Source of the DNA: Candidatus Arthromitus sp. SFB-mouse-Japan
GTDB taxonomy: Bacteria > Bacillota > Clostridia > Clostridiales > Clostridiaceae
Direction of reading: 5' to 3'
DNA: 32,000 nucleotides
Assembly: GCF_000270205.1 (NCBI RefSeq)
Contig: NC_015913.1
Span: 1,320,001 to 1,352,000 of the forward strand
A program made the position numbers and the translations under genes. Position 1 is the first letter of the stretch; each line of letters begins with the position of its first letter. The notes under the pieces were generated by a model that was not told the origin of the DNA, did not search any database, and was given only the letters and a program-made list of their open reading frames with translations. Shown here piece by piece: positions 1 through 9,537 of the stretch.

Positions 1-61
1 CAATACAAAATGCTGAACATACTAAAACTCCAATAATTGAGAATATAAACATCTTTTTCAT
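1..61 (-). CDS. hypothetical exported/membrane protein, first 20 codons only (gene continues past the left edge)
   Basis: The ATG at 61-59 lies 6 nt downstream of AGGAGG (rc of 68-73). My translation MKKMFIFSIIGVLVCSAFCI is a hydrophobic, signal-peptide-like start. The gene is absent from the ORF track because it is truncated. Confidence 0.5.
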   Translation of the reverse strand, partial: MKKMFIFSIIGVLVCSAFCI

Positions 62-78
62 AAAATTCCTCCTAAAAT

Positions 79-744
79 TTAATAAATTATACCATCTGCA
101 TAATTTCTCTCTTCTCCGTCTTTAATAATTAATATCTGCTCATTAAGCCCATTTTCGAGTCTGAAACTCGGTCTATATCCAACTTCCTCTGGCTCCTTCG
201 GAAATACTAAAAGTACATTATTCTTATCGCTGTTATTCCCAAATATCTGTTTATAAAGACCCTCAAGCTCCTCTTCAAATACTTTATCTAAATTTTCAAC
301 TATAACAGAGCAATGACGAACATTCTCTCCATTTTGCTTGTATTCAATAGATTCAAACACATTATAAAATAACTCATTACTCTCATTATCAATTTCATGT
401 TTTAAATTTCTAAGAGTATCTTCCCTCAAACTATTTTTCAGTTCGAGCTCCACAAAATCTCTATACTCTTTTTTCAAGTCAACCCTAACAGATTGTTCAA
501 ATTTATCATATAACTCTGAATATAATTCATTCTCAACCTCTGTCTTTACCTTAGCCTTCATATTGGTGAAAACTTTCTGACGTTCACGATTTATATTGTT
601 TATAATTCCAATTATTGCAATACAAATCGATGCAACCAAAATAATTAGAAACTTCACCCACTCTTTCTTAAAAACATTTATTCTACTATTAGAATGTTTC
701 TTTTCCTCATCAGCGATAACATTACCATTCTCCACTTTATACAC
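79..744 (-). CDS. hypothetical bitopic membrane protein (one TM helix, then a Lys/Glu-rich helical region)
   Basis: This is ORF 79..771. The track start TTG 771 has no SD. The in-frame GTG at 744 is 7 nt downstream of GGAGGAG (rc of 752-758), so I call 744. The TM segment is WVKFLIILVASICIAIIGII. I recognise no family. Confidence 0.6.
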   Translation of the reverse strand: MYKVENGNVIADEEKKHSNSRINVFKKEWVKFLIILVASICIAIIGIINNINRERQKVFTNMKAKVKTEVENELYSELYDKFEQSVRVDLKKEYRDFVELELKNSLREDTLRNLKHEIDNESNELFYNVFESIEYKQNGENVRHCSVIVENLDKVFEEELEGLYKQIFGNNSDKNNVLLVFPKEPEEVGYRPSFRLENGLNEQILIIKDGEERNYADGIIY

Positions 745-785
745 CTTTTCTCTCCTCCAATCAAAATTCAAATATCAAAATATAT

Positions 786-1097
786 CTAAGATTTAACCCA
801 TTTTCTCTCGAGTCTAATCTCCTTTATCAAATCTTTCTTAAGACTATCCATAACATCATCCAAAAGTTCTACTCTAAGCTCCTTAAGTACCTCAGATTTT
901 AACGAATCTTTAAGTTTTGCCTTAACTTTCGTCTCAACTCCATTTAAAATTTGCTCCTTTACATCCCTTTTATAATTTGTGAGCATATATCTTGAAGACT
1001 CTACCTTCACAAAATTAATTATCGGTACTTGAATAATAGTTGAAAAAAATAAAACAACAACTGGAATAAGTGCGTATTTAAATTTTATAAACTTCAT
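786..1097 (-). CDS. hypothetical small bitopic membrane protein, distant paralog of the downstream gene
   Basis: The ATG is preceded by GGGAGAAG. There is an N-terminal TM segment (ALIPVVVLFFSTIIQVPII) followed by a charged helical repeat region (KVKAKLKDSLKSEVLKELRVELLDDVMDSLKKDLIKEI). Confidence 0.6.
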   Translation of the reverse strand: MKFIKFKYALIPVVVLFFSTIIQVPIINFVKVESSRYMLTNYKRDVKEQILNGVETKVKAKLKDSLKSEVLKELRVELLDDVMDSLKKDLIKEIRLERKWVKS

Positions 1098-1202
1098 TAA
1101 AATCTTCTCCCTTGTTCTTAATCATTGTATCTATTTTGGTATAATTGGATAATTTTAATACATTTGTAAACTTTAAAATTTTTTAGTCTTTTTTAACAGG
1201 AT

Positions 1203-1242
1203 AAAAAAAATATGAAGAATAACTTAACAATTATCTTCATAT
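1203..1242 (-). terminator. Rho-independent terminator of the lipoprotein gene
   Basis: The 9-bp stem ATATGAAGA (1210-1218) / TCTTCATAT (1234-1242) has extra inner pairs. On the minus strand it is followed by a T8 run (plus-strand A run 1203-1210). Confidence 0.8.
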
Positions 1243-1253
1243 TTAAAATTCCT

Positions 1254-1823
1254 CTATTTAGTTGTATAAAGCAAAATGTCACTAAACATTGAATCGCTCA
1301 CATTTTTAATTATCTTCTCATAATTATCAAACTGAAGAGATAAATCTATATTTCCATTCGGATGATCATATCTATCTATATTTCTTATCTCTGTTAAATA
1401 AATCACCTCTCGTGAACCCCCATTATCTGGAGTAAACACTATTGAGTTTCTCGTAACCTCAAAATTTCCAAGGACATCGATACCATCTAAATTATACTTT
1501 CCATAATATGTATTTTTGATATTAGCTAAATCTTCACTCTTAAAATTTTTCTCAGATGGATATATATTATTTTCTGATTTCTTTCCTACGTTATCTTTCC
1601 CCTCATAGGAATTCTCAAAAGTATTAGTTTTTGTATCTGTATTTTTATCTTTATCCTTATAATAATTATCAACAAATGATTTATCATTCACACTACTTAA
1701 AGCACTCTCAAATTTATCAGCATTTGCCCGTTTACTACAACTAACTAATATGATCAATATCAAAACCATACAAAACACAATTATGGGTTTTGTTATGTCA
1801 AAAGGATTTCTACCATTATTCAT
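1254..1823 (-). CDS. putative lipoprotein, unknown function
   Basis: The signal peptide carries a lipobox (ILVSC|SK). AGGAGA lies upstream of the ATG. The mature part is Asn/Lys/Asp-rich with no recognisable domain. Confidence 0.65.
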   Translation of the reverse strand: MNNGRNPFDITKPIIVFCMVLILIILVSCSKRANADKFESALSSVNDKSFVDNYYKDKDKNTDTKTNTFENSYEGKDNVGKKSENNIYPSEKNFKSEDLANIKNTYYGKYNLDGIDVLGNFEVTRNSIVFTPDNGGSREVIYLTEIRNIDRYDHPNGNIDLSLQFDNYEKIIKNVSDSMFSDILLYTTK

Positions 1824-1977
1824 TTTAAAAATTCTCCTTCCTTACAATAACAATTTTTGTTATAATTAGCTTATTTAAATTTAATTATACTTAAAATTAT
1901 GTATTATATTTCCAGATTTATCGACATTTTATACTAAATATTTTAAAATTAATAATTTCGGAGGATCTTTGCCTAAG

Positions 1978-2871
1978 ATGAATTTAAATATAATAACTGT
2001 TTCCACATTTTATGGATGTGATAAAAAAGGAGTTGAACTAGGACCTAAAGCTCTAATCAACAATAATCTTTTATCTATTATCAAAAATTGTGGACACACA
2101 ATAAATGAAATAATCGATATACCAGTAGATATAGATAATAAAAATAAATTTGATAATAATAAACAGATTAAATACTTTGATAAAGTTAAAACTATAGTTA
2201 AAAATCTTTCCATCTCAATTGAAGAAAGCTATAAAAATAATACATTTCCACTAGTTTTAGGTGGAGATCATGCCATATCTATCGGATCACTAGCTGGTTT
2301 TTCTAAAAGTTTCAAAAATACTGGAGTAATCTGGATAGATGCTCATGGCGATTTGAATATCCCAAGTTCATCGCCTTCATACAATGCCCACGGAATGCCA
2401 CTCGCATGCTCACTTGGGTATGGTCATGAAGAATTTATATCAATATTTAAAAAAAATATTGATCCCAAAAATGTATTTCTATTTGGCATACGATCTCTTG
2501 ATAATTGGGAAAAAGAATTTATAATCAAAAATGAAATGCACATATACGATAGAAATTCATTTGATCAAATTCCTCAAGACTTAATGATTGATACTTTAAA
2601 AAAATATACAAATAAAAATAAGATTGAAAACTTCCACTTATCATTTGATATTGATGTATTTGATCCTTTAATCGCACCTGGTACCGGTACTCCAGTCAAA
2701 AAAGGATTGTTAATGGATGAAGTTAAAAATCTTATGAGTAAGTTGTTATCTTCCATAAATATAGTTTCAATAGATTTTGTTGAATTTAACCCTCTACTCG
2801 ATAAAGATAATAAAACCCTTACTGCTTGCCTTGAAATTCTTGAATTTATATTTAGGAGGATAAAAAAATAA
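1978..2871 (+). CDS. rocF: arginase (ureohydrolase family)
   Basis: Ureohydrolase Mn-binding motifs are present: GGDHAISIG, WIDAHGDLN, SFDIDVFDP. The length (~297 aa) and overall pattern match Bacillus RocF. ATG 1978 is 12 nt after GGAGGA (1960-1965). The track's TTG 1969 is only 3 nt from the SD, so I consider it less likely. Confidence 0.85.
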   Translation: MNLNIITVSTFYGCDKKGVELGPKALINNNLLSIIKNCGHTINEIIDIPVDIDNKNKFDNNKQIKYFDKVKTIVKNLSISIEESYKNNTFPLVLGGDHAISIGSLAGFSKSFKNTGVIWIDAHGDLNIPSSSPSYNAHGMPLACSLGYGHEEFISIFKKNIDPKNVFLFGIRSLDNWEKEFIIKNEMHIYDRNSFDQIPQDLMIDTLKKYTNKNKIENFHLSFDIDVFDPLIAPGTGTPVKKGLLMDEVKNLMSKLLSSINIVSIDFVEFNPLLDKDNKTLTACLEILEFIFRRIKK

Positions 2872-3482
2872 TGAAATTATTGTTTTTAGATACCGAAACT
2901 ACGGATAAATCTCCAGGTCAAATATGCCAATTAACATACATAATATACGATACGGATTTACCTAAAGAAAATAGAGTTAGTGCAAAGAACTTCTTTTTCT
3001 CTGTTGACTTTGTATCAGATACTGCATACAATGTCCATGGATTTGATGTTAATACACTAAAGAGTCTAAGCGGAAACTTGACATTCAAAGATCTTTACAA
3101 GTTATTTAAAAAAGATTTAACAGAAAATGATTTTATACTTGGTCATAATATAAATTTCGATATTTCATTTTTAAGAAGGGAATTCGATAGGATCAATGTT
3201 GAATTTAAACCAAAAAACTTGTTTTGCTCCATGAACTATTTTAAAAACATACTTAAACTTAAAAATTCAATTGGAACGATTAAATCACCAAAATTATCAG
3301 AACTGTTAGAACATCTTAAAATTACTGAAGAAAATATTTTAAATTCTACAAATAAACTATTCAATAGCGACGAAACCTACTTTCATGACGCACGTTTCGA
3401 TACAACGGCACTATACCTTGCAATTATAAAATCCATAAAGCTTAATTTAATAAACAATGGATATTTTTCGAATCAAATATAA
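2871..3482 (+). CDS. DEDDh 3'-5' exonuclease (DnaQ/epsilon-like, stand-alone)
   Basis: Exo motifs are LFLDTETTD (ExoI), GHNINFDISFL (ExoII) and HDARFDT (ExoIII, H-x4-D). The start overlaps the rocF stop in TAATG (2869-2873). Confidence 0.8.
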   Translation: MKLLFLDTETTDKSPGQICQLTYIIYDTDLPKENRVSAKNFFFSVDFVSDTAYNVHGFDVNTLKSLSGNLTFKDLYKLFKKDLTENDFILGHNINFDISFLRREFDRINVEFKPKNLFCSMNYFKNILKLKNSIGTIKSPKLSELLEHLKITEENILNSTNKLFNSDETYFHDARFDTTALYLAIIKSIKLNLINNGYFSNQI

Positions 3483-3498
3483 TTTTAGGAGTGATTTT

Positions 3499-4845
3499 AT
3501 GATTAATGTTAAAAATTATATAAAAGATATTTACGAAAAAGTTATATCTAAAAATCCATCCGAACCTGAATTTCATCAAGCGGTACATGAAATTTTATTC
3601 TCTCTTGAACCCGTATTAGAAAAATACCCAAAATATATCGAACACAACATATTAGAAAGAATTGTTGAACCAGATAGATTCATTCAATTTAGAGTAGCTT
3701 GGCTTGACGATAATGGAAAAACTCAAGTTAATAGAGGTTTTAGAGTTCAATTTAACAATGCAATCGGACCATATAAAGGAGGACTCCGTTTCCATCCAAC
3801 AGTTTACTCCTCTATAATTAAATTCTTAGGATTTGAACAAATATTTAAAAATTCGCTAACAACCCTTCCTATGGGTGGAGGAAAAGGTGGATCTGATTTT
3901 AATCCAAAAGGAAAATCAGATAATGAAATAATGAGATTTTGTCAATCATTTATGAGTGAGCTTTACAAGTATATTGGAGAAAATATAGATGTCCCTGCAG
4001 GAGATATTGGCGTTTCATCAAAAGAAATTGGATATATGTTCGGCCAGTATAAAAGACTCAAAAACGATTTCACTGGAGTTCTAACTGGAAAAGGAATTCC
4101 TTTTGGCGGAAGTCTTGTTCGTAATGAAGCCACAGGATATGGAGTATGCTATTTTGGAGAAGAAATGCTAAATACATTTTCTAAATCTTTCAAAGGCTCT
4201 AAAATTTCTATTTCAGGTTCTGGAAATGTTGCAATTTACGCAGCTCAAAAAGCATATGAGCTAGGTGCAACCGTAGTATCCATGAGCGATTCATCAGGAT
4301 ACATCTACAATGAAAATGGAATAGATTTATCTATAATAAAAAAGATTAAAGAAATTAAACACGAAAGAATAAGTGAATATTTAGAATTTGATAAAAATAC
4401 TAAATTCAATGGAAACTTCAAAGAAATTTGGAATGAAAAATGCGATATTGCTCTACCATGTGCAACGCAAAACGAAATAACTGAGGATTCTGCGAAAGTT
4501 CTAATTAAAAATGGATGTTTCTGCGTTTGTGAAGGATCTAATATGTCATCAACTCCTGAGGCTATAAAATTATTTTTAGATAACAATATTTTATTTGGTC
4601 CATCAAAAGCTGCAAATGCTGGTGGAGTTGCAGTCTCTGGGCTTGAAATGTCTCAAAATTCACTTAGATATTCGTGGTCTTTTGAAGAAGTTGACGAAAA
4701 ACTTAAAAATATAATGAAAAATATATTTAAAGTTTGCTATGACACATGTTCCGAATTCTCACTTGGAAATAATTTTCTTGCTGGTGCAAATATCGCAGGA
4801 TTTAAAAAAGTTGGAGACGCAATGATATCCCAAGGTATATATTAA
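3499..4845 (+). CDS. gdhA: NADP-type glutamate dehydrogenase
   Basis: The GDH signature YKGGLRFHP...LPMGGGKGGSDF and the dinucleotide fold ISGSGNVAIYAA are present. ATG 3499 is 7 nt after AGGAG (3487-3491) and gives 448 aa. The track start 3457 lies inside the exonuclease gene and adds a non-homologous extension. Confidence 0.92.
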   Translation: MINVKNYIKDIYEKVISKNPSEPEFHQAVHEILFSLEPVLEKYPKYIEHNILERIVEPDRFIQFRVAWLDDNGKTQVNRGFRVQFNNAIGPYKGGLRFHPTVYSSIIKFLGFEQIFKNSLTTLPMGGGKGGSDFNPKGKSDNEIMRFCQSFMSELYKYIGENIDVPAGDIGVSSKEIGYMFGQYKRLKNDFTGVLTGKGIPFGGSLVRNEATGYGVCYFGEEMLNTFSKSFKGSKISISGSGNVAIYAAQKAYELGATVVSMSDSSGYIYNENGIDLSIIKKIKEIKHERISEYLEFDKNTKFNGNFKEIWNEKCDIALPCATQNEITEDSAKVLIKNGCFCVCEGSNMSSTPEAIKLFLDNNILFGPSKAANAGGVAVSGLEMSQNSLRYSWSFEEVDEKLKNIMKNIFKVCYDTCSEFSLGNNFLAGANIAGFKKVGDAMISQGIY

Positions 4846-4851
4846 AAAATT

Positions 4852-4880
4852 AAACGGTATGAATATCATACCGTTTTTCT
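4852..4880. terminator. bidirectional intrinsic terminator between convergent gdhA and the lipoprotein gene
   Basis: The 11-bp perfect stem AAACGGTATGA (4852-4862) / TCATACCGTTT (4866-4876) has a 3-nt loop. A T run follows on the plus strand and an A-rich tract precedes it (T-rich on the minus strand). Confidence 0.85.
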
Positions 4881-4881
4881 A

Positions 4882-5385
4882 TTAATTGGCATTATTTACT
4901 ACCTTAATTAAATTCTCAAAAATCGTAACTGCATTATCCGCTATAATATATCCTTTTATATTTCTATCACTAAACTTCTTAACATTCTTGATAAGTTCAT
5001 ATTGATCAGGTAAATATCTGCTCCATGTAGCATCCAAGTCCTCTAATCTTCTTGTAATACCTTTATCAATTAAATCTTCTTGTTCCTTAGTTGAAAACTT
5101 AAATAACGCAATTTCTGTTGCTTGAACATTCAATGGACTTAAACAAAATGTTGCCTCATCATAACTTGAAGAAGCTATTGCCATTAAACTTCCTATTTCA
5201 CTATCACCTAATTTCTCTAATTTTGGTATATCAACTCCACTTATAATTTTCTCATAAATTTCATCGGTTGAAAGGTTAACATTTTTAGACGCATTAGATC
5301 CTTTACAAGAAGCCATAATCCCTAATAATAAAAAACATACAAAAACAAATGAAAATCTCCTTATATTGTTAAACAAAAAAACCAC
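4882..5385 (-). CDS. DUF4358-like lipoprotein
   Basis: The lipobox is GIMASC|KG. Size and the C-terminal pattern (RYLPDQYELIKN...GYIIADNAV) resemble the DUF4358 family as I remember it. The start is either GTG 5385 or TTG 5376; the latter is 6 nt after GAGGTG. Confidence 0.6.
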   Translation of the reverse strand: MVFLFNNIRRFSFVFVCFLLLGIMASCKGSNASKNVNLSTDEIYEKIISGVDIPKLEKLGDSEIGSLMAIASSSYDEATFCLSPLNVQATEIALFKFSTKEQEDLIDKGITRRLEDLDATWSRYLPDQYELIKNVKKFSDRNIKGYIIADNAVTIFENLIKVVNNAN

Positions 5386-5433
5386 CTCTTTAATTTATTA
5401 ATGTTATTTTATATCACATAGAATTATTTTATA

Positions 5434-5462
5434 CAAAAAAAGCACCACATAAACGCAGTACT
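5434..5462 (-). terminator. intrinsic terminator after pfkA
   Basis: On the minus strand AGTACTGC pairs with GTGGTGCT (including G-U pairs, 5441-5462) and is followed by T7 (plus-strand A run 5434-5440). Confidence 0.5.
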
Positions 5463-6557
5463 TTAATCTCCAAATCCAATTCCCATACTCTTAGATATCT
5501 TTATTAATTCATGATCAGGATTAACAAATTTTTCATTTCCAATAACACCTTCAAGCTTTATACACGAAATTTCATCACCATCTAAACAAACCATATTACC
5601 AAACTTTCCTTCATAAATAAGTCTAGCTGCTGCAGCACCATATCTAGTAGATAAAATTCTATCGTATGTTGAAGTATTCCCTCCTCTTTGAATGTGACCA
5701 AGTATTGTTGATCTAACCTCCTGATCTGGTATTCTCTTCTCTAGATCAATTGCAAGCTTATTTGCTATTCCACCAAACCTTATTGGATCTGGAGAATCCT
5801 CAACAACTTTTGCAATAACAGTTTCTCCTAAAACTGACTTAGCTCCTTCGGATACGACTATTAAAGTATATTTATATCCCATAGCTTTTCTTTCATTAAT
5901 CTTCTCTACAATTTTATCCAAATTATACGGTATCTCAGGTATTAAAATTATATGAGCATCTCCAGCAATTCCAGCATGAAGAGCAATCCACCCTGCATTT
6001 CTACCCATAACTTCAGCAATTAAAATTCTATGATGTGATTCAGCTGTTGTATGGAGCCTATCCAAACAATCAGTAACTATCCCTATCGCCGTATTAAACC
6101 CAAATGTAAAATCCGTAGCTCCTAAATCATTATCAATAGTTTTAGGTACACCTACAACATTAACACCTTTACGGGCAAAATCTCTCGCTGATGTAAGAGT
6201 CCCATCTCCACCAACTATAACCAAAGCATCAATATTTTCTTTCTTAAGATTGTCAACAGCGATATCTGAAACATCTTTCTTAACTTTTTGTCCATTTTCC
6301 TCTACTATATAATCAAAAAGATTATCTTTATTGGAACTCCAAAGTATAGTTCCACCTTTATGTAAGATATTATCAACTGCATTAATATCAAGGTTAATAT
6401 AATCATTATTATACAAACCTCTATATCCAAACCTATACCCTATAACTTCATATCCATATTCTAATATAGCTGTTTTTGTTACTGCTCTTATAACTGCATT
6501 AAGACCTGGACAGTCTCCTCCACCTGTAAGTATCGCAATTTTCTTTATTTGATTCAT
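5463..6557 (-). CDS. pfkA: 6-phosphofructokinase
   Basis: Motifs are TGGGDCPGLN, VGGDGT, PKTIDNDL, MGRNAG and LGHIQRGG. ATG 6557 is preceded by GGGAGGA (rc of 6562-6568) and gives 364 aa. The track's extension to 6662 overlaps uppP and encodes junk. Confidence 0.92.
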   Translation of the reverse strand: MNQIKKIAILTGGGDCPGLNAVIRAVTKTAILEYGYEVIGYRFGYRGLYNNDYINLDINAVDNILHKGGTILWSSNKDNLFDYIVEENGQKVKKDVSDIAVDNLKKENIDALVIVGGDGTLTSARDFARKGVNVVGVPKTIDNDLGATDFTFGFNTAIGIVTDCLDRLHTTAESHHRILIAEVMGRNAGWIALHAGIAGDAHIILIPEIPYNLDKIVEKINERKAMGYKYTLIVVSEGAKSVLGETVIAKVVEDSPDPIRFGGIANKLAIDLEKRIPDQEVRSTILGHIQRGGNTSTYDRILSTRYGAAAARLIYEGKFGNMVCLDGDEISCIKLEGVIGNEKFVNPDHELIKISKSMGIGFGD

Positions 6558-6633
6558 AGTAATCCTCCCAATATCTGAGTACACTGAGATTAATTGTAAC
6601 ATAAAACATAATATGTGTAAATATATTATAATC

Positions 6634-7470
6634 CTATACTTTAATAATATTAAGATTAACAAGTATGATAAGAAGTATCGCTATAATTATCCTATAATAC
6701 GCAAAATATTTCATTGGATATTTCCTCAAAAATTTTATAAACGTATCAACGACTAAAATTGCAACCAAAAACGCAACTGAAAATCCAACCACAAGGGCAA
6801 TTGCGTGACCAGATGTAAATGATGAATAATCCATCCCAAAAAGTTCATAAACAGATGCCCCGATCATAGTTGGTATAGCAAGAAAAAATGAAAATTCCGC
6901 TGCCAATTTTGTTGAACATCCAAATATCCACGCTCCAGATATAGTGGAAGACGATCTACTCATTCCAGGCCATAGAGATAAAACCTGAAAACATCCAATT
7001 CCTAAGGCTTGTTTAAGTGTTACATCACCAATATCTTTAGTCTGCTTGTCTACATTTCTATTCGAAAAATACTTTTCTACAAATAAAAGTATAATTCCCC
7101 CAATAATAAGTCCAAATGACACACTAAATGTATTGAATAACTTAGATTTAATTATATCATTTATTAAAATCCCAATAAGTGCAGATGGTAAAAACGCTAT
7201 AAATATATAAAACCACATCTTAAATCCATACTCTTTTAAATGGACAATCGAATCTATGATCTTATTTCTATACAAAACCATAATAGCAAGAATAGCTCCC
7301 AATTGAATAACAACTTCGTACATTTGTACAAAATCCACACCGGCAGTTTCGATAAAATTTATTATATCACTTGCAATTATCATATGCCCAGTTGATGATA
7401 CAGGTAAAAACTCTGTTATACCTTCAATAATTGCAATTACAACTGCCTTCAATAACAATAAGATCTCCAA
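6634..7470 (-). CDS. uppP: undecaprenyl-diphosphate phosphatase
   Basis: BacA/UppP motifs are EGITEFLPVSSTGHM and PGMSRSSSTISG, in a polytopic membrane protein. The TTG start is 8 nt after AGGAGG. Confidence 0.9.
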   Translation of the reverse strand: MEILLLLKAVVIAIIEGITEFLPVSSTGHMIIASDIINFIETAGVDFVQMYEVVIQLGAILAIMVLYRNKIIDSIVHLKEYGFKMWFYIFIAFLPSALIGILINDIIKSKLFNTFSVSFGLIIGGIILLFVEKYFSNRNVDKQTKDIGDVTLKQALGIGCFQVLSLWPGMSRSSSTISGAWIFGCSTKLAAEFSFFLAIPTMIGASVYELFGMDYSSFTSGHAIALVVGFSVAFLVAILVVDTFIKFLRKYPMKYFAYYRIIIAILLIILVNLNIIKV

Positions 7471-7536
7471 TCTTGTATCCTCCTTTTAAAATTAAGTTAA
7501 ACTCCAATACATATATTATCATTTTATACTTACAAA

Positions 7537-7572
7537 TACAAAAAAACTTTAGGAAAATACTTCCTAAAGTTT
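7537..7572 (-). terminator. intrinsic terminator after the TPR protein gene
   Basis: The 12-bp perfect stem AAACTTTAGGAA (7544-7555) / TTCCTAAAGTTT (7561-7572) is followed on the minus strand by a T7 run. Confidence 0.85.
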
Positions 7573-7581
7573 TTACAAATT

Positions 7582-9456
7582 TTAGTATAAATAATCTAAA
7601 ATAGGTATCTCTTCACTCAATGTTTCACCAGTTGCATTATCATAAATCGCTTTAAGTTTAAAATAATTTTCTCTTATTATAAATGCTTCATACTCACTAT
7701 ATGAATCATCAAGACCCTCATAAGCTGATTCAACATTTGAAAATGCCCTCTGAATATTATTTTCTATATTCGCATAATAAGCTCCCGCATTATTTAAATT
7801 TAAAATATCCTTCGGATTAAGTTCATAGGCTCTTCTGATACTATCTATTCCAGGACCTACTTCTCCCATATTTAGGAGTAAAACTCCGTATGTTCTCACA
7901 TAAATAGAATCTTCATTTAATGCTATTGCTTCTCTAAGTTTAACTTTCGCCTCTTCATATTTTTTCAAATCTATATATATCTTAGCTGCTTGATATTTAA
8001 GGCCAGATTCATATATCGAAATTTTATTAGAAAATTTAAGTATATCTAATGCACTATTTACATCATTAAATTCATTTGTATATTTTAAGACAAACTCCTT
8101 GTCAATGTAAGTATTTAATATATCAAGTGATTTCATCTTAAGATAAAAATAGTTCATATTTAAAATTTTATTTTGTCCAACGAGCACATTGAGTAACACA
8201 TCATAACTTAGAGCAAAATCACTATTTAATTTAATGCTCTGAGTTATATTATTTAAAGACTCATTATAATTTTGAAGTTTCAAATTATGCTTGGCCAAAA
8301 TATAATAAACATAAAAATTTTTATCTTTAATGCTCTTTAACTCATTCAATAGTACATCAACATCATCTAATCTATTTGCATTTGTAAGTATCTCAAGCCT
8401 TATACCATTTGATAACATATTCCCATGATATTTTTTTGAGAACTCATAAACATCTTCAAGATTTGATTGAGTTTTAGACACATCTTTTATATTTATGATA
8501 GCACGAATAAACCTAAGTTCTGGGGTAGCTCCTTGAGATTCAATGAAAAAATTAAGAGAATCATTAGCCTTATTCATATCATAATACTTAATCATATCTA
8601 TAACAGATAAAACATCCGTATTCTCAGGATCACTTGCAAGTGTCTTAATTATCCCATTTAAACTATTATCAAATCTATTAAATATAACACTAAGTTTACT
8701 ATAACTAATAATGTCATCTATATCATTAATGGAAGATAAATCTATACCATTATAAATAAACAAAGCATTATCAGGATTATTTGATAAAAGATTATATAAT
8801 ATTTCCTTTTCTTTAAATCTTATCTCATCACCTAAATTTTGAACATTTTTATCCAAAATCTCTCGTGCCTCTTCAAGACTATTATATAAAAACAAATTAT
8901 CTAAGAGTTTATACACATTATTTTTATGATCGCTCTGATTCCTTACAAGAGTATTATGAGATATTTTATTTTTAAGTAACGTAAGTTCCTCTTTTGCTTG
9001 AGAAATATTATTAATAGAACTTAGTAGTGTCACAAGTTCTAAATGGCTTTCAATAGAAATTGATGAGTTGTTTCTATACGCATTTATAAGATTTTGAAAA
9101 TCTCCATGTATTACATAATCTAAATAACTTTCTATTATATCTGATTCATTATTCTTTCCATCTATCTTATTTACCAAAATTTCTATATTTTGATTAATTA
9201 CACTATAAGTTCCTGTAATGCTATAGCTTAATACTAAAAAAACCATACAGCATGAAATAATAACCGTACGTTTAAAAAATCTATTTGAGGGAAGCACTTT
9301 ATAATTTTTCCTTATATCTTTCTCTCTTAAATAATTAATTATCTCATAAGGTGACATTCCACTGAAGTCTACTTTCTTATTTTTCCTTTTTACTATTTTA
9401 TCTAAACGTTCAAAATAAACTTCCCTACTCTTATCACCCTTCAAATTTTTCTTCAT
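7582..9456 (-). CDS. membrane-anchored TPR-repeat protein
   Basis: The protein has a basic N-terminal cytoplasmic tail and one TM segment (VIISCCMVFLVLSYSI). A long helical-repeat ectodomain ends in clear TPR units (YQAAKIYIDLKKYEEAKVKLREAIALNEDS..., RRAYELNPKD). Confidence 0.7.
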   Translation of the reverse strand: MKKNLKGDKSREVYFERLDKIVKRKNKKVDFSGMSPYEIINYLREKDIRKNYKVLPSNRFFKRTVIISCCMVFLVLSYSITGTYSVINQNIEILVNKIDGKNNESDIIESYLDYVIHGDFQNLINAYRNNSSISIESHLELVTLLSSINNISQAKEELTLLKNKISHNTLVRNQSDHKNNVYKLLDNLFLYNSLEEAREILDKNVQNLGDEIRFKEKEILYNLLSNNPDNALFIYNGIDLSSINDIDDIISYSKLSVIFNRFDNSLNGIIKTLASDPENTDVLSVIDMIKYYDMNKANDSLNFFIESQGATPELRFIRAIINIKDVSKTQSNLEDVYEFSKKYHGNMLSNGIRLEILTNANRLDDVDVLLNELKSIKDKNFYVYYILAKHNLKLQNYNESLNNITQSIKLNSDFALSYDVLLNVLVGQNKILNMNYFYLKMKSLDILNTYIDKEFVLKYTNEFNDVNSALDILKFSNKISIYESGLKYQAAKIYIDLKKYEEAKVKLREAIALNEDSIYVRTYGVLLLNMGEVGPGIDSIRRAYELNPKDILNLNNAGAYYANIENNIQRAFSNVESAYEGLDDSYSEYEAFIIRENYFKLKAIYDNATGETLSEEIPILDYLY

Positions 9457-9537
9457 ATTTAAAAAACCTCATTCAACTACATTTTTATTATCTAGTTTGA
9501 TAATACTAAATACAAACTAATTACAAGGGGACTTAAA

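Noticed and set aside
6558-6662. The N-terminal extension of pfkA in the ORF track (MLILILLKYRIIIYLH...). The gdhA extension at 3457-3498 and the MKNGGKNN extension at 17106-17129 are similar cases.
   Set aside because: The extensions overlap upstream genes or lack an SD. Internal ATGs with good SDs give N-termini that match the family (MNQIKKIAILTGGGD; MINVKNYIKD) or a proper signal peptide.
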